From a bacterium (lineage in GTDB: Bacteria > Zixibacteria > MSB-5A5 > GN15 > FEB-12): a stretch of DNA of 32,000 nucleotides. Below the pieces are notes generated by a model, which was not told the origin of the DNA, did not search any database, and saw only the letters and a program-made list of their open reading frames with translations. The position numbers were made by a program, and so were the translations under genes. The first letter of the stretch is position 1. Every line of letters starts with the position of its first letter. Positions 24,920-32,000 of the stretch are shown piece by piece. The DNA lies in NCBI GenBank assembly GCA_020444475.1, contig JAHLKV010000005.1, positions 299,080 to 331,079 of the forward strand, given 5' to 3'.

Positions 24920-26614
24920 ATGCAGATAGACACCATTCGATTTTATGGGTATCCGTCCGCCAACTCACCTTCCCCCTATATTCTCGCTTTCGAAACGGCT
25001 GACGACCTGAAAAGAGCTCGTGAGAACATCCGCCTTGGCGCATTGCTCATGCGAAACGATGATCTCGAAGAACTCTGTGAATACGAAACCGTCATCCGCG
25101 ATCGTGGGAAGAAACACCCCGCCAGGAGTCTCCTTAGCTATTTCCTTCACGGGAAGCGGACCCGCTCCGATACCCGCATGCCGATTCTTCGCTGTGAGTA
25201 CATCGAAGCGGGGCGGTTGATAGCGAGTGTCGCGGGCTTGCTTGACCATGCAGCAGACCGGGGAGTACGCAACACCTACATCCTGGGGGTTCAGCCAGAC
25301 ATCTTCGAGGAGTGCTTGAGAAGTATCGAGGGCGATTCGGCAGGGTATGGCGGTGCCCATTGTGCTGCCTCGAAGGCAGAACTGACGGATCGCCCAGTAG
25401 CGGAAGAGATGCTGGATATTCTGACCATCAGGGAGGTTCCGGAAGCAGTCTCTTCGCTGTACCTCGGTACTTCGAAAGAGGTACAGCTGGTGCATCAGCT
25501 TATCCTGCGTACGGCCGAAATCACCGATCCGGTCCTCATCGTTGGAGAGAGTGGCACAGGAAAGGAACTGGTTGCCCGCTCGATACATGAGCAGAGTACA
25601 AGACGAACGGGGCCGTTTCGGGCGGTCAACTGCGGCGCCATTCCCACCGAACTCTTTGAATCGGAACTATTCGGAACCACGAAGAGCGCATTTACGAATT
25701 CTGCCGAGAGGGAGGGCCTCTGGGCGCAGGCGAATGGCGGCACGCTGTTTCTCGATGAAATCGGCGATCTGTCGCTTCTCCATCAAGTAAAGATTTTGCG
25801 CGCTCTGGAAGACGGTTACGTGCGTCGGGTCGGCGGCAACATCGATGAGCCGATCGATGCCAGGATTGTCAGCGCGACCAATCGGGATTTGGCCGTCATG
25901 GTCAAGGAGGGTCAATTCCGGGAGGATCTTTATTATCGGATTCACGGCATCGTGATCTATACGCCGGCGCTGCGAAACCACCCGGACGATATTCCACAAA
26001 TGGCGATCAGTTTCTGGTCGAAGATCGCGGGGAAGAAGACGAAGGCTCTGTCGACGGCGGTGTTGGAGGATCTCAAGGCCCGACGCTGGCTCGGCAACGG
26101 TCGGGAGTTGAGGATGTTCCTTTCGTCTCTGCACGGGCTCTTCAGAAACGAGACGATCACGCCTCACCACCTGCGGGTGGTCGACATGCTTTCCGGGTTT
26201 CGGTCGCGGAAGGGTTCGCAGGCGCAGTACGAAAAGAACCTCCGCAAGGTTGATCAGTTACGGCACTACCGGAGAATCATGGAAGTACTCTCTTCGCTCC
26301 GTACCTCGCTTCGTCCCGTGCTGATCGAGAACCTGACCGACCTTCGCACGGTTACCCTCGCGCGAGTGGTCATCAACAGCTATGCGGAGAAACTCGACTC
26401 ACTCGCCGATGAACCCGAGTACTTCAGCAGTATCGCCTCGCGCCGGGTGGTGATTGAACTGGCCGATGCTCTGCGTGACTTCTCGAAATTTCTCGAGACC
26501 GGCGCCGGACAGGTAAGGGAGTACTGGCAGCGCAATGTGCAGTCGCGCTACCAGAATGTCGACTCCGGCTGCTTCACCGAAATCCAGACCCTCCTCGACG
26601 AGGTCGAGAAATGA
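24920..26614 (+). CDS. Sigma54-interaction-domain (NtrC-type, bEBP-like) AAA+ protein with a variant GAFTGA loop and no recognisable HTH
   Basis: Central-domain motifs present: GESGTGKELVARSIH (25544-25567), ESELFGTTKSAFTNS (loop at 25682-25702), GGTLFLDEIGDL, DARIVSATNRDL, FREDLYYRI, PALRNHPDDI, GNGRELR. The ~190-aa N-terminal and ~150-aa C-terminal regions match nothing I recognise. Confidence 0.9.
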   Translation: MQIDTIRFYGYPSANSPSPYILAFETADDLKRARENIRLGALLMRNDDLEELCEYETVIRDRGKKHPARSLLSYFLHGKRTRSDTRMPILRCEYIEAGRLIASVAGLLDHAADRGVRNTYILGVQPDIFEECLRSIEGDSAGYGGAHCAASKAELTDRPVAEEMLDILTIREVPEAVSSLYLGTSKEVQLVHQLILRTAEITDPVLIVGESGTGKELVARSIHEQSTRRTGPFRAVNCGAIPTELFESELFGTTKSAFTNSAEREGLWAQANGGTLFLDEIGDLSLLHQVKILRALEDGYVRRVGGNIDEPIDARIVSATNRDLAVMVKEGQFREDLYYRIHGIVIYTPALRNHPDDIPQMAISFWSKIAGKKTKALSTAVLEDLKARRWLGNGRELRMFLSSLHGLFRNETITPHHLRVVDMLSGFRSRKGSQAQYEKNLRKVDQLRHYRRIMEVLSSLRTSLRPVLIENLTDLRTVTLARVVINSYAEKLDSLADEPEYFSSIASRRVVIELADALRDFSKFLETGAGQVREYWQRNVQSRYQNVDSGCFTEIQTLLDEVEK

Positions 26615-28797
26615 CAGCGGCGAAACCGCTTCGCGTATTCCTCAGCTACGGGCATGATGCCAATGAGGAACTGGTTCTTCGCATCCATGCCGACCTGGAG
26701 AATCGTGGTCACGATGTCTGGATCGACAAGAAGGAGATCAGACCGGGCGACGATTGGCGGCGTGAGATCACCGAGGGCATTCTCAACAGCCACCAGGTAC
26801 TGTCATTTCTCTCAAAGCACTCCACCCGCGATCCCGGCGTCTGTCGCGACGAGATTGCCATCGCCCTCGGCGTGAAGGGTGGCAACATCCAGACCATACT
26901 GGTCGAAAGCGAAACTGACGTCCAACCGCCTGTGAACATCAGTCATGTTCAATGGCTCGATATGCACGACTGGAAGGACGGGCATGGTGTTGTGCACATC
27001 GTGAAAGGCGAACCCGCTGCCGGTGATACAACCTGGGAAGAATGGTACCAGACCAGGTTCGCCGAAATTGTCCGGGTGGTGGAAAGCGAACCCAGCGTCC
27101 GCTTTGCCGGCGAGATAGAAACGCTCAACGGTTATCTGAAACCAATCCAGTCGGAAGCCCGCATATTCGAGCTACTCAGAAAAGGCTACGTTGGGCGCGA
27201 GTGGCTCTTTGAGGCCATAGAGCAGTGGCGGCAGGACAAGGCAGGCAAGTCACGACTCTTCTGGATCATGGGTGAGCCCGGGGTCGGCAAGAGCGCCTTT
27301 GCCGCCCAGTTAACTCACACGCGGGGCGATACCGTTATCGCAGCCCAGTTTGTCGAATGGGACAAGCCGGATCACAGGAGTCCTGAGCGCGTCGTCCGCA
27401 GTATTGCCTTCCAGCTCGCTACCCGGCTTCCGGATTATCGCAAGCTATTGCTGACTCTGCCGGAGATTGCGAAACTGGACGGGAAGAACGCGGCGGATCT
27501 GTTTGACTACCTTCTGGCTCACCGGCTGAAGTCGGCTATTGGTGGCGGGCGCGAGCGGTATCTGGTCGTGATAGATGCCCTCGATGAAGCAGGCGATCAT
27601 GGGCGCAACCCGTTAGCGGAAATGCTTGCACGTCACGTCGGGCGTCTGCCCGATTGGCTGGGAATTGTCGTGACCAGCCGCTCCGAGTTTGATGTCAAGA
27701 CTCCGTTCCAGGCGTTGAATCCCATTCCATTCGATACTCAGTCTGAGTCCAACCGTACCGATCTCTGCTACTACCTTCAACAAAGGCTCGCTCCGCAACT
27801 CGATAACCGCTCCGACGCCGATCACCTCCTCGACCAAATCATAGACAAGAGTGAAGGCGTGTTCCTCTATGTTGAGCGGTTCTGTGACGATGTGCAACAG
27901 GACCATCTTTCACTGGACCACCCGGACCAGTTCCCGCAAGGCCTCGGTGGCATCTACTACCAGTGGTTTCAGCGGCAATTCCCCGATCCTGAGCAATTCG
28001 AGCAAACGATTGAACCGATGCTCGGCGCAATCCTCGCCGCTCGAGAGCCGTTGCCAATCGAGGTATTGCAGGGGCTGTTCGGTTGGCGCGAACCCGAGCT
28101 TCGCAAATGGCTTCGCATACTCGGCTCTCTCTTTCCGGTCAACGACGGATCCCAGGGTCAGGTTATCAGACCGTACCACAAGTCATTTGCTGACTGGCTG
28201 ACCGACGCGGAAAAGGCGGGACAGTTCTTGGTTAGCCGATCAGAAGGCTGCCGCCTGCTAGCCTGTCGCGGAATGAGCGAGTTTCGTCAACGTGCTCAGA
28301 CTATGCCGAGATATTGGGTGGCTCACTTGGCAGATCACCTCGTCGAACAACAAGAATCAGATGATCTCGAAGAACTACTCTGTTCATTCGAATTCCTGAG
28401 AGAGTATTCGAAGTATATTGGTCTTTCGTACACACCAGGGAATGAGTTTGCTGCCCGCGTTCAGCAATTCCTGGATACTCTTATTGAGCAAGACCGTCCG
28501 GCGGATCAGAAGCTGGAAGGATTATGCGCGCACATTACAGAGCTTGCAGCAGGATTAGACCTATGGGCGGTCCGCTATGTTGGAGGTCCAGATCCTAAAG
28601 CAGTCTGCAGAAACTGTGGTCAAGCTGGGATCATCCACGGTCACGTCGATCTAGGTGGCGTTGACTACTATGACAATTACTTTGCGTTCTGTACAAACTG
28701 CTTTTGGGCTTTTTTCACGGAACAGTACGCAATGTGGGGTTCGGAGGAAGCCGTTTGGGACTTTGACTATGCGACGAATACGTATCATTGGCCGTGA
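26611..28797 (+). CDS. TIR - NACHT/STAND P-loop NTPase with an unassigned C-terminal module ending in a CxxC..CxxC motif
   Basis: LRVFLSYGHD and GVCRDEIAIAL, with the TIR Glu at 26851-26853. Walker A GEPGVGKS at 27271-27294. Walker B LVVIDALDEA. CRNCGQ..FCTNC at about 28605-28708. ATG26611 overlaps the upstream TGA (ATGA). Confidence 0.9.
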   Translation: MTAAKPLRVFLSYGHDANEELVLRIHADLENRGHDVWIDKKEIRPGDDWRREITEGILNSHQVLSFLSKHSTRDPGVCRDEIAIALGVKGGNIQTILVESETDVQPPVNISHVQWLDMHDWKDGHGVVHIVKGEPAAGDTTWEEWYQTRFAEIVRVVESEPSVRFAGEIETLNGYLKPIQSEARIFELLRKGYVGREWLFEAIEQWRQDKAGKSRLFWIMGEPGVGKSAFAAQLTHTRGDTVIAAQFVEWDKPDHRSPERVVRSIAFQLATRLPDYRKLLLTLPEIAKLDGKNAADLFDYLLAHRLKSAIGGGRERYLVVIDALDEAGDHGRNPLAEMLARHVGRLPDWLGIVVTSRSEFDVKTPFQALNPIPFDTQSESNRTDLCYYLQQRLAPQLDNRSDADHLLDQIIDKSEGVFLYVERFCDDVQQDHLSLDHPDQFPQGLGGIYYQWFQRQFPDPEQFEQTIEPMLGAILAAREPLPIEVLQGLFGWREPELRKWLRILGSLFPVNDGSQGQVIRPYHKSFADWLTDAEKAGQFLVSRSEGCRLLACRGMSEFRQRAQTMPRYWVAHLADHLVEQQESDDLEELLCSFEFLREYSKYIGLSYTPGNEFAARVQQFLDTLIEQDRPADQKLEGLCAHITELAAGLDLWAVRYVGGPDPKAVCRNCGQAGIIHGHVDLGGVDYYDNYFAFCTNCFWAFFTEQYAMWGSEEAVWDFDYATNTYHWP

Positions 28798-28798
28798 T

Positions 28799-28820
28799 AC
28801 GCGATAAACCGCGTTGTTTT
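28799..28820 (+). terminator. Weak candidate intrinsic terminator
   Basis: ACGCG-ATAAAC-CGCGT forms a 5-bp stem, followed by TGTTTT, immediately after the stop at 28797. Confidence 0.3.
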
Positions 28821-28967
28821 AGATGCCCTTGCAACAGAATGAAAGGCAGGCTGACATTTGGGACAGAAGGTACTGGACCGACTATGGGTTGGTCTTGAGA
28901 ACTGGTGAGTAAATAGAGGTGTTGCGCATGATGGAGTCTCAACGAGGCACACGTAACAGGTGAACAA

Positions 28968-29162
28968 GTGACTGGAGCAGGTGTGAGAGATCGCGTGTTT
29001 ATAAGCAACAGCCACAAAGATCGTACGTGGTTGGGGCGGCTTCGTGTCGAGCTGGAACCCGGAATCAGTGAGAAACGGGACGATTGCTGGGACGACTCCG
29101 ACTCTTGGCTTCATGCAAGTGCTGTGTTCGAGAGGACGAGAGCGGGAGGCGGAGCCGAGTGA
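28968..29162 (+). pseudogene. 64-codon TIR N-terminal fragment (relic or mini-ORF)
   Basis: RVFISNSHKDRTWLGRLRVELEPGISEKRDDCWDDS matches the opening of bacterial TIR_2-type domains, then the similarity ends. None of the three frames continues a TIR. The stop TGA overlaps GTG29159 of the next gene. Confidence 0.45.
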
Positions 29163-29935
29163 ACGCGAAACAGGGCAGTTCAAAGACCGGCGCATGGATT
29201 TTCGTCTCCCACTCGCATCGAGATCTGGGGCAAGTCCGCCAAATCCGCAATGAGCTCGAGAAGCTTGGCCATAATCCGCTGCTCTTTTTCCTCAAATGCC
29301 TGAGCAGCGACGATGCCCGCCTGCCCCAACTCATTCGCGACGAGATTGAAGCCCGCGAATGGTTCATCCTCTGCGATAGCCCCAACGCCAGGCGCTCCGG
29401 CTGGGTGCAGCAGGAGAGGAAGTTGATCAAGGCGATGACGGGAAAGGTCATCGAGACGATAGATTTGAGCAAGGATCCCCAAACCGAACTTCACAAACTG
29501 ATCCGTCTTTCCAAACGTGCCACGGTCTTTCTTTCCTATGCCCGGCAAGACCGCGAAATCGCAGAGCGGATACGACGCGCTCTGCTTGAGCATGATTTCG
29601 GCGTTTGGTTCGATGCGTCGGTCCCAGCGGGGCAGGATTGGGCGGTGGCCATCCAGTCGGCGATTGATGACGCGGTCGCCCGTGGTTTCGTGCTTGTCCT
29701 GTTGAGTCCGGCATCACTGGCAAGCCAGTTTTGCAAGCATGAAACAGAGTATGCTCTCCAGCTCGCTGTACGCTCGCAACGTAGTAACGTCATCCCGGTT
29801 GTGGTCGCTCCGTGTGCGCACGAGGCGTTGCCGGTGCCGCTTGGGAACATCCAATTGTTCGACCTGACAACCGGCCCGTTTGACGAACGTATGAGCTCGC
29901 TCATTCACAACCTGAAGACTCGCAAAATGGAGTGA
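29159..29935 (+). CDS. Tandem TIR-TIR protein
   Basis: TIR 1: WIFVSHSHRD..SGWVQQERKL, with Glu at 29414-29416. TIR 2: VFLSYARQD..SQFCKHETEYA, with Glu at 29741-29743. GGGAGG at 29144-29149 lies 9 nt before GTG29159, so GTG29159 is preferred over the track's TTG29084. Confidence 0.85.
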   Translation: MNAKQGSSKTGAWIFVSHSHRDLGQVRQIRNELEKLGHNPLLFFLKCLSSDDARLPQLIRDEIEAREWFILCDSPNARRSGWVQQERKLIKAMTGKVIETIDLSKDPQTELHKLIRLSKRATVFLSYARQDREIAERIRRALLEHDFGVWFDASVPAGQDWAVAIQSAIDDAVARGFVLVLLSPASLASQFCKHETEYALQLAVRSQRSNVIPVVVAPCAHEALPVPLGNIQLFDLTTGPFDERMSSLIHNLKTRKME

Positions 29936-29938
29936 CGC

Positions 29939-31120
29939 GTGAGTGAATCGCCAATCAAGACACCTCGGACAAGAAAAGCCCCGCGCTCCGAGGCTCGTGA
30001 ATACTGTTTTGTCATCATGTCCTACCGACCGCGGTCGCAGTACGATCGAGTCTATCAACAGCTTTGCCAACTAATCGAAAGCAACTGCGGCCTGCGCTGT
30101 GTCCGTGCTGACCGCGAACCAGAACCAGGGCGCGACTTGCTGGGCAAGGTGCATGAGAAGATTCTTGGCTCTAGCGTCGTTGTTGCTGACGTAACAGAGT
30201 ATAGTCCAAACGTCTATTACGAATATGGTTACGCCAGCGCTCACGATCGCCTGCCGATTCTCATTGCGAAGCGCGGAGCGAGACTTCCCACGGATCTGGT
30301 CGGGAAGGAGGTATTGCGTTATAAGGGAACACCGGCAGTTGACAGGAAGTTTTCAAAGGACCTTATAGACTGTGTCAACCGGGAGTTGTGCTCGCCACTG
30401 CCCGAGCAGCGGAGAATGCTCGCAAGCGCACGTCCGTTTCCTGCTTATCTTGCCACCGCACCGCGCGTGCCGGGTGCGGGTTCGAAACACTGGTGGCACC
30501 CGGATGAAGGACAGACTTTTGGTGACATGCTTGGAGTCGCGGGCATCCTTACGGCCTACGGAAATCTTTTCGGAACGCGGAAGATTCCGCACCTACTGCA
30601 TGCGCAATGCGTCCACGCTGATGTGCTGGCACTACCTGCGTCCTTCTTCTGTATAGGTTCTCCAAAAGTGAACAAGGTTACCGGACACTTTCTTCCCTGG
30701 GTGCAGAGAGGACTTGTACCATTCTGGGAGATGCCAAGACTTGGGCGAAAGCCCGACAGGCGCGTCGTGATCAAGGGGGATCCGGATCTGGATGACCTAT
30801 TGAAACTACCGGTTGAGAAAAAGCGAGATGGCTCAATTAGTGATTACGGGCTGATAATTCGTGCGCCCCATCCATTGGATTCCCAGCACTTGGTCTTGAT
30901 TATGGCCGGCCGGCACAGCATTGGAACTCACGCCGCATGCATGATGGTAACCAGGCAGGAACTAATCAGCGCTCTTGAGCTGCGCCTCAAGAGACTTGGG
31001 GTATCGCTACGCGAAACTGCGCAGCCGTTCTGGGGTGTCGTAAGAGGAACACTGCTGTCCCAGGGAGAGATGCTATCGGAGGTTGAGATCGTCAAGGTGG
31101 GTGGGTACGTTCCCGGTTGA
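29939..31120 (+). CDS. Protein with an N-terminal TIR/nucleoside-2-deoxyribosyltransferase-like Rossmannoid domain and an unassigned C-terminal domain
   Basis: CFVIMSYRPRS..VVVADVTEYSPNVYYEYGYASAHDRLPILIAK fits the FVIMPF..aDlt..npNVfyElGyA pattern of NDT/TIR-like modules. GGAG lies 6 nt before GTG29939, which is 3 nt after the upstream stop. Confidence 0.75.
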   Translation: MSESPIKTPRTRKAPRSEAREYCFVIMSYRPRSQYDRVYQQLCQLIESNCGLRCVRADREPEPGRDLLGKVHEKILGSSVVVADVTEYSPNVYYEYGYASAHDRLPILIAKRGARLPTDLVGKEVLRYKGTPAVDRKFSKDLIDCVNRELCSPLPEQRRMLASARPFPAYLATAPRVPGAGSKHWWHPDEGQTFGDMLGVAGILTAYGNLFGTRKIPHLLHAQCVHADVLALPASFFCIGSPKVNKVTGHFLPWVQRGLVPFWEMPRLGRKPDRRVVIKGDPDLDDLLKLPVEKKRDGSISDYGLIIRAPHPLDSQHLVLIMAGRHSIGTHAACMMVTRQELISALELRLKRLGVSLRETAQPFWGVVRGTLLSQGEMLSEVEIVKVGGYVPG

Positions 31121-31267
31121 TTTCTTAATCTTGCGAGTCGCCACGTGGTTGCGGTACGGGATTATCTGATCGTCTGTTTGTATTCGGGCACTCCGACTTG
31201 AACTAATGAGCATATCCGCTGAACGAAGTCGCCCAGGTCTGACGAGGGGGGACGAGGAGATTATACC

Positions 31268-32000
31268 CTACAGCCGCGGCACTTCCAGGGGCCGGGCGCG
31301 GTGCATGATCAGCCAGGCGCCGTGCTCTGCCAGCGCCTCCTGCCCGAGTGTGACCAGGACCTCCCGCATGTCGTCCCACCGATGGAGATTCCGCAATTCA
31401 ACCAGCGTCAGATTCGCCAGACCAAACACGTTTTCCATCCGTGCGTACTGATGTGTCTGTTCGGCCCACGCCAGCATCTCGGCAAATCCGTGCCTGGCCG
31501 CGGCGACCGCCAGCAGCGCTGCTGCCAGCATGGCCATTCCTTTTCCAACCCACATCTGCCATCCATGCACTGAGGACAGCGGCGAGAAAAAAGGCACACA
31601 CAGAACAAGCGCAATACCGCCGCTCGCTGCCAGTAGTGTGCCACCGATCTTGGTCGCACGCTTTACGGAATGGGAGTTGATCCGGTTCTTCCTATGATAG
31701 AACTCCATCTGTCCTTCAACCCATTGAGTTCGGATAAACTCCAGTTCAGATGCCGCCGCCACTCTCGACTTATTGATGAAGGGATGTACGAAACCAAAAA
31801 GAGCGATTCTAATCCAGGAAAGCTCACCGATTTGCTTCGGGATGCAGTGGTCTATGACTGATTCGGAGACACCCGCAATCTGCCAGGCTATCTGAACCCG
31901 CAACGCTTCTGCCAGCACCCGGTAGTCCTCGTGCTTCTGGTCATAGCGTCCCCTTTTCGCGCGGGCATACAGGTAGATTACCGCTGCAATGAGAACAACA
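31268..32000 (-). CDS. Membrane protein, 5' end beyond the window (possible SLATT-like 2TM-type module)
   Basis: The frame stays open to nt 32000 (..VVLIAAVIYLYARAKRGRYDQKHEDYRVLAEALRVQ..). Hydrophobic segments: IGGTLLAASGGIALVLCVPFF and GKGMAMLAAALLAVAAA. The QMEFYHRKNR helix preceding a TM pair is reminiscent of SLATT proteins. The family call is tentative. Confidence 0.7.
   Translation of the reverse strand, partial: VVLIAAVIYLYARAKRGRYDQKHEDYRVLAEALRVQIAWQIAGVSESVIDHCIPKQIGELSWIRIALFGFVHPFINKSRVAAASELEFIRTQWVEGQMEFYHRKNRINSHSVKRATKIGGTLLAASGGIALVLCVPFFSPLSSVHGWQMWVGKGMAMLAAALLAVAAARHGFAEMLAWAEQTHQYARMENVFGLANLTLVELRNLHRWDDMREVLVTLGQEALAEHGAWLIMHRARPLEVPRL

Noticed and set aside
24965-26170. 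Minus-strand ORFs of 207 aa and 167 aa
   Set aside because: They are antisense to the sigma54-activator-type gene, which has a full motif set. They are shadow ORFs.
29084-29158. TTG29084 as the start of the TIR-TIR gene
   Set aside because: It adds a Cys/Arg-rich leader that overlaps the TIR-fragment ORF. GTG29159 has a GGGAGG ribosome-binding site 9 nt upstream, and the first TIR strand begins shortly after it.
31141-31148. CCACGTGG perfect palindrome in the convergent intergenic region
   Set aside because: A single 8-bp palindrome is expected by chance at this scale. It has no partner site and no adjacent promoter.

Overview
Gene-dense, bacterial-looking window. I see no rRNA, tRNA, CRISPR array, transposase or integrase. 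Almost every large gene is an NTPase switch (STAND or AAA+) or carries a TIR or TIR-like domain, so it reads as a conflict/defence-type island, not housekeeping DNA. There are three blocks.

(1) Plus-strand block, 3561-15648:
- a DUF4062-type / P-loop STAND / 40-aa-repeat protein
- a 98-aa paralog of that protein's own C-terminal cap
- a ribokinase(PfkB)-like / AAA+ / 2x RyR / basic-tail protein
- a TIR / NB-ARC / 42-aa TPR protein
- an orphan ORF

(2) Tightly packed six-gene minus-strand operon, 24645-15736:
- a ClpA/B-NBD2-like AAA+
- a MoxR/CbbQ-like AAA_5
- a NorD/CbbO-like vWA protein
- an unknown protein
- a TPR protein
- a small internally duplicated protein
A good sigma54-type -24/-12 element lies in front of it.

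(3) Divergent plus-strand block, 24920-31120:
- a sigma54-activator-type AAA+ with a variant GAFTGA loop and no recognisable HTH, overlapping by ATGA a TIR-NACHT gene
- a TIR fragment
- a tandem TIR-TIR protein
- a TIR/NDT-like Rossmannoid protein
A convergent, edge-truncated membrane protein follows.

The left end carries a protein with RES-like motifs, a 54-codon zinc-ribbon ORF and an FCP1/NIF-type HAD phosphatase.

The best candidate for an undescribed system is the sigma54-promoter-driven double-AAA+/vWA/TPR operon together with its divergent activator-like gene, which is coupled to a TIR-NACHT. The second candidate is the PfkB-like/AAA+/RyR gene bracketed by two STAND NTPases.

All family calls rest on motifs I read in the translations. 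No database search was run.
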